Shown: positions 58,940-64,000 of the stretch, piece after piece
Position numbering within the stretch: position 1 is the stretch's first letter
How the letters are laid out: each line of letters starts with the position of its first letter
Source: the human T2T-CHM13v2.0 reference genome, Homo sapiens
NCBI RefSeq assembly: GCF_009914755.1
Contig: NC_060925.1
Length of the DNA: 64,000 nt
Direction: 5' to 3' (one strand)
Translations under genes and position numbers: made by a program
The notes under the pieces: model-generated
Databases searched by the model: none
What the model saw: only the letters and a program-made list of their open reading frames with translations
What the model was told of the DNA's origin: nothing

Positions 58940-59190
58940 AATAAATCTAGATAAAAATAGAATGGTGGTTACCAGGGACTGGGGCAGGGGGAAATGGGGA
59001 GTTAATATTCAATGGGTACCATGTTTCAGTTTGGGAAGGTGAAAAAGTTCTTCAGGTGCATGATGGTGATGATTGTACAACAATGTGAATGTACTTAATG
59101 CCACTGAATGATACATTGAAACATGGTAAAAATGGTAATTTTATGTTACGTATATGTTACCACAATTAAAGAAAAGTAAAAAAAAAAATC
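58940..59190 (+). mobile_element. L1MB 3' end fragment
   Basis: agaatggtggttaccagggactgggg...aatgtacttaatgccactgaa...A-rich tail. Confidence 0.85.
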
Positions 59191-59793
59191 ATAGGGAAAA
59201 TTCAATGGAAGCCTCAGGAAATGGTAGGGGAGGTCAATTCCAAAACCACATACATTCTAAAATGTCAGAAATGGTCAGTTAGCAAAGTAAGGATTAATTA
59301 GATTTTACACTTGTATGTCTTTGTTGACATTTCTGGGAATAAAGAGAGAAGAGTGTGATAATTCCTCTTCTATGTCAGTTCTAGAACCTTCTCTTTGTTC
59401 CTTACCCTGGTGCTTGTATGAGTATGTACAAATGTGTGTGTGTGTGTGTTGTGTTTGCAAACATGGACAATGGCGTGTGGGTTTGCTACTCTATTTCTAG
59501 TATTTCTGTGCCACCTTATTAATAGGAGAGCTGTGGGATCAGGCCTCTGGATGTAACCCTGTCCTTCCTTAGTGCTTCTGAGTTCAAACTGACTAACTCA
59601 CAAAATGCATCTGCATCGGGACTGACTTGTGGCATTCATTTTCTCAAAGGGCAAAAAACCTTTTGTTTCTGGTAGAAATTAAAGATGTGTTTGTGACGGC
59701 CCTCACTTCTTTTTCACCAAATGCAGCACCCTTCTTCCCTTTAATCCCATGAGGTGGTTTTATGGGGTGGCACATAACTTGGAGCTCATGGGA

Positions 59794-59826
59794 GGCCTTA
59801 GAACCATTAACCAACTGAGCTAACCA
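59794..59826 (-). other. tRNA-Ile-like 5' relic (tRNA pseudogene fragment or tRNA-derived SINE head)
   Basis: Minus strand GGTTAGCTCAGTTGGTTA (59808-59825) equals the recalled tRNA-Ile(AAT) D-arm; no T-arm found. Confidence 0.45.
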
Positions 59827-60535
59827 GGTTCCTCCATTAGTTTAATTTCAAATTGAATTCTCCTCCTCCATGATTGAAAGAGTACATTCAATTCCTGTAA
59901 CAGTTTTTATATGCCTGACTGACATCCCTTCCTAAAGCATAAGCAGTTTGAGGGCAGGGATGGTGTCTTGTTTATGTCTGTACCCCATGTATCATCTAGT
60001 GTTCAATAAGGAATTGTTTTATGGAAATGGATTACATGATTAAATTGGAAATAGAATACAGGTTGATTTATTCCACCCCCAGCTTGCCTTGCTCACTGGA
60101 TGCTTATTACAGTGACATGAAGGCACTTCAGAAGACTTAAGTGCTCTCTGAATTATTGAAGGAAGATGGACTTTGGCTCAGTAGAGTGTTTGTGCTTAGT
60201 GCCTATTACTGGATTCTGATTCTTTGGAAACAAATTAATCCAGAGGGATATATTGTTTCTTTATGGTTCTGAATATTTGGTTAGCCTGAATGTATTAAGA
60301 TCTTACACCCCAACCATGACAGATGGGATTAAAATTCCTTCCCTGAAAAGAATATATTCCTTTATGCTTCCACTATAAATTTATATGCAAGTCATGTTTT
60401 GTAAAGTCGTGTTCTTCTCTTGCTATTTGGTGCATTCCCTGCAGCATTCTCGAGGTCCCAGCATTTTCCCTTCAGGAGACCTTAGAATTATTGGGGTACG
60501 GGGCAGCCAAGTGACCTGCCCAAGCCCACGTGTCA

Positions 60536-60959
<424 letters not shown>

Positions 60960-62349
60960 TAGGAATTATAAGGACCTCAGGAAACTTCTGTGTAGTATAA
61001 ACTGGAAACAATTCATATCCACCACAGAAAATAATTAACAGTGCTGGGTGTTAACAATACTTAGGGGGGAATGAGTGATGGAGGGAATGAGTGATATGGA
61101 CAATTGGTGAAGCCCTGTTGACTGGGTGATCAGGAGAAGGGAGCTGATGGGGGAGGGATTGGAAGCTGAAGGCTGAGAAGGATTTGGATAGATGAAGGGA
61201 GAACATAAGAGGGAGGGCTGACAGGATTCTTGCTGATCCGGCTGGTTAATATTGGCTTGCCGCAATTTTCCTTCTAAGCTAGGTAAACATATATTTCCAG
61301 GCATCCTATTTGGACTGTGTATAGAGACCCATTGACATCTGGGTCTGTTCTAAGCTGCTTTCACTTCCCTCCAATCAGAGCTTGTTGGGCTCAATAAGGT
61401 GGAGATGGGGGTCATATATTACCAGGGCAAGCAGGTCTGTGCTTCAGAGAGGAAGTAAGGCATCAGCGCTTCCCTCTAGAATTGATCTGTTGCGGAACAA
61501 GAGTCCTCGAGCAGCAGAGAAAGCTGCGCCAGGCTCCCTTTCCCTGCTCAGTCGTTCGTTCCTGGACTAGATGGGTGGAACGAGGCATCTCTGGGTTTCA
61601 CAGAGCACAGAGGGCACGGCTTGTTTCCTAACCGGGTCTCAAAACCTGCCTGCACTTTGGGCTTTTTCTTCACCTTGCCATATGTTGCTTCCTGCCCTTT
61701 TGAACCTCCTTCCAGAGCTGATTGCACTTATGTGCTAGGAAAGGAGTATTTGTCTTCAAGGTCTGAATGCATCCTAATCCTTATTGAACTGCAAGGTGTG
61801 ATGGCACGACTTGGATATGTAAGTGAGAATTGATTCTGGTCACAGGGGATGTCATAAGTTTCCTCAAAAAATAAAAAAGAGGAAAAAAATAGTGAGAAAA
61901 AATGGCCTTTCGTTATGGGAAACTGGGAGTTTTTCCTACAGATTTCATTCTTGCCTTATATGGGTTTCCTGGAATTCTTCTAGCAGATTCCAGCAGTGCC
62001 CTCCGGATCTGCCCTCTGCCCTCTGAGGGTTAGGATTCATAGTGTGTGACAGTCTTTGCTATTCAGGCCACCTTCTGGGAAGGCCAGTGGCCAGGGGATG
62101 GTTTTCATGAGCCCTCAGCAGGGTGCAGAAGCCAGGTGGTTCCCATATCTCATTCCCACTTTTGGTAAACACCTCTCTTATGTTTGCCCTCCTGGGCTTG
62201 TTGCTTCTGGTCCCCGGCTCATCACAGCTTCCCAGGGCCCCGGTAGAAACAAGGGTTCACAGTGGGTAACCTCACTGTGCTGCAACTGGAACCTGGCTTG
62301 CAGGATTTCAGGACCTTTGGTTGAGTGGTTTTAGAAAAGGCTACTCAGG

Positions 62350-62678
<329 letters not shown>

Positions 62679-63261
62679 TCAGGCTGAAGTGCCCTCAGGC
62701 CTTGGAAAAGAAATGAAATTTCAAACAAATTATTTTCTACCTAGCCTTTTTCTTTTAACTTCAGAAGGGTTATCTGGACGACTGGTATTTACATACAAAA
62801 AATAGTTAAAAGTCTTTTTAAACCACAGACAATATAGGTTTCACTGGACTCATTTTTCAAGATACGAAATTGTTGAATTGTTTTCCTTTGGTAATTGAAG
62901 CCAGAATTCAGTGTTTTCTCTAACTTCTTTTCGGATTCTTTGCTCTCTGGAGAACGTTTTGCCTGCTTTGCAAGGGGGTATGAGTAGTGCGTGTGCCTGA
63001 GGGCCTCTCTCTGCCCCCTCCTAACGCCTGGCCACCCTGTTCCGACTGCTGCCCCTGCCGGTCGGGCCCGGACACTGCAGGGAGCCTCACATCCTCGGAT
63101 GACGGATTCCTTCTGTACATCTCATCACATCCTTTTCTACTGGCTTCAACTTGCATGGCCTCTGTCTTGAAGAAAGAAAGAAAAAAATGAAATGTTTCTT
63201 CTGCCTTCCTGTCATTTTACGCATTTTACGCTGATATACTTGTAGGCAAAGGGAATTGAAA

Positions 63262-63420
63262 GGGCATGCACTTTGGAACGAGACAAGCCTCAGTTCAAAT
63301 CCGGGCTTTGGGAAACCATGATCCGGGAGTTCTGGGGCAAAGTAAGGCTTTCTGAGCTTTAGCTGTATTATTGGTAAAATGGGAATAGTACCGATCTCCT
63401 AGGGTTATAGTGTTAAATGC
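63262..63420 (+). mobile_element. MIR SINE
   Basis: gcactttggaacgagaca...ttcaaatcc...gtaaaatgggaatagtaccgatctcctagggtt. Confidence 0.65.
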
Positions 63421-64000
63421 CTCCCTTCCTTTCTTTACTCTGACTTCTTCCACCACCACCTCATGGTCCCTGCTTCCATTCCTCCCTTCCTTGCAAGCTT
63501 CCGGAATTCTTTGTACCCCGGGCAGCAATAGCCCTTTTGGAGCTCCCCGCAATTGGCAAGAGCAAGTCACTGTGTGAGCAAGTCTTGGGCTCTGTTATCT
63601 TCAGATGCTCAAGTCAGGAAATAGGGGGCTAGAGGTCATTGTGCTCATTTCCCCAGAGATTATCAATGCCACCCCCACCCCTTTTAGGAGATGGCATGTG
63701 CCATGATCGTAGCTCAGTGGGATCCTTAATGCCTAGTGATCTCGGCTTAACAGGACAAAGATTCCAAGCCCATGTCTGTTCTGGGAAGCAAAGCAGGATG
63801 TGTGGGCCTGGAGTGAAGTTTGTTCCATTTCTTGCCATAGGCCATGGTATGATTACAGCTGTGCCTAGTGCTGCCTAGTTTTACTTTCATGCCTGATTTG
63901 CAATGTGGCAGGGTCCTGAGATGAGAGCTCTGTGTGGGCCAGTAGAGTCAAGAGACTTTGTCCTGGTCACTTGGCTACTTGCAGGGGGTTCTGGAAAGTC

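Overview
Primate (human or great-ape-like) non-coding genomic DNA, roughly half made of recognisable transposable elements; I could not identify the locus. I found no host protein-coding exon, intact RNA gene or CRISPR array. The long ORFs derive from L1, MaLR, LTR12 or Alu. Main elements: a full-length L1PA6-like LINE with a 14-bp target-site duplication (TSD) at 16714-23436, a near full-length older L1PA13-like LINE, a solo LTR12C, a two-LTR THE1A element, Tigger2/Tigger3 DNA transposons, and about 21 Alu-family copies including three FAM monomers. Most long L1/LTR elements lie on the minus strand, which suggests a long intron of a plus-strand gene (inference). Best leads: (1) a candidate 6-nt microexon or recursive splice site at 51586-51591; (2) a younger L1 3' end carrying two poly(A) tails, inserted in register into the homologous spot of the older L1; (3) a triple-hairpin templated-insertion scar at 17723-17806; (4) an Alu-adjacent deletion in THE1A. 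None of these establishes a new biological system. Subfamily names come from recalled consensus sequences and need RepeatMasker/Dfam confirmation.
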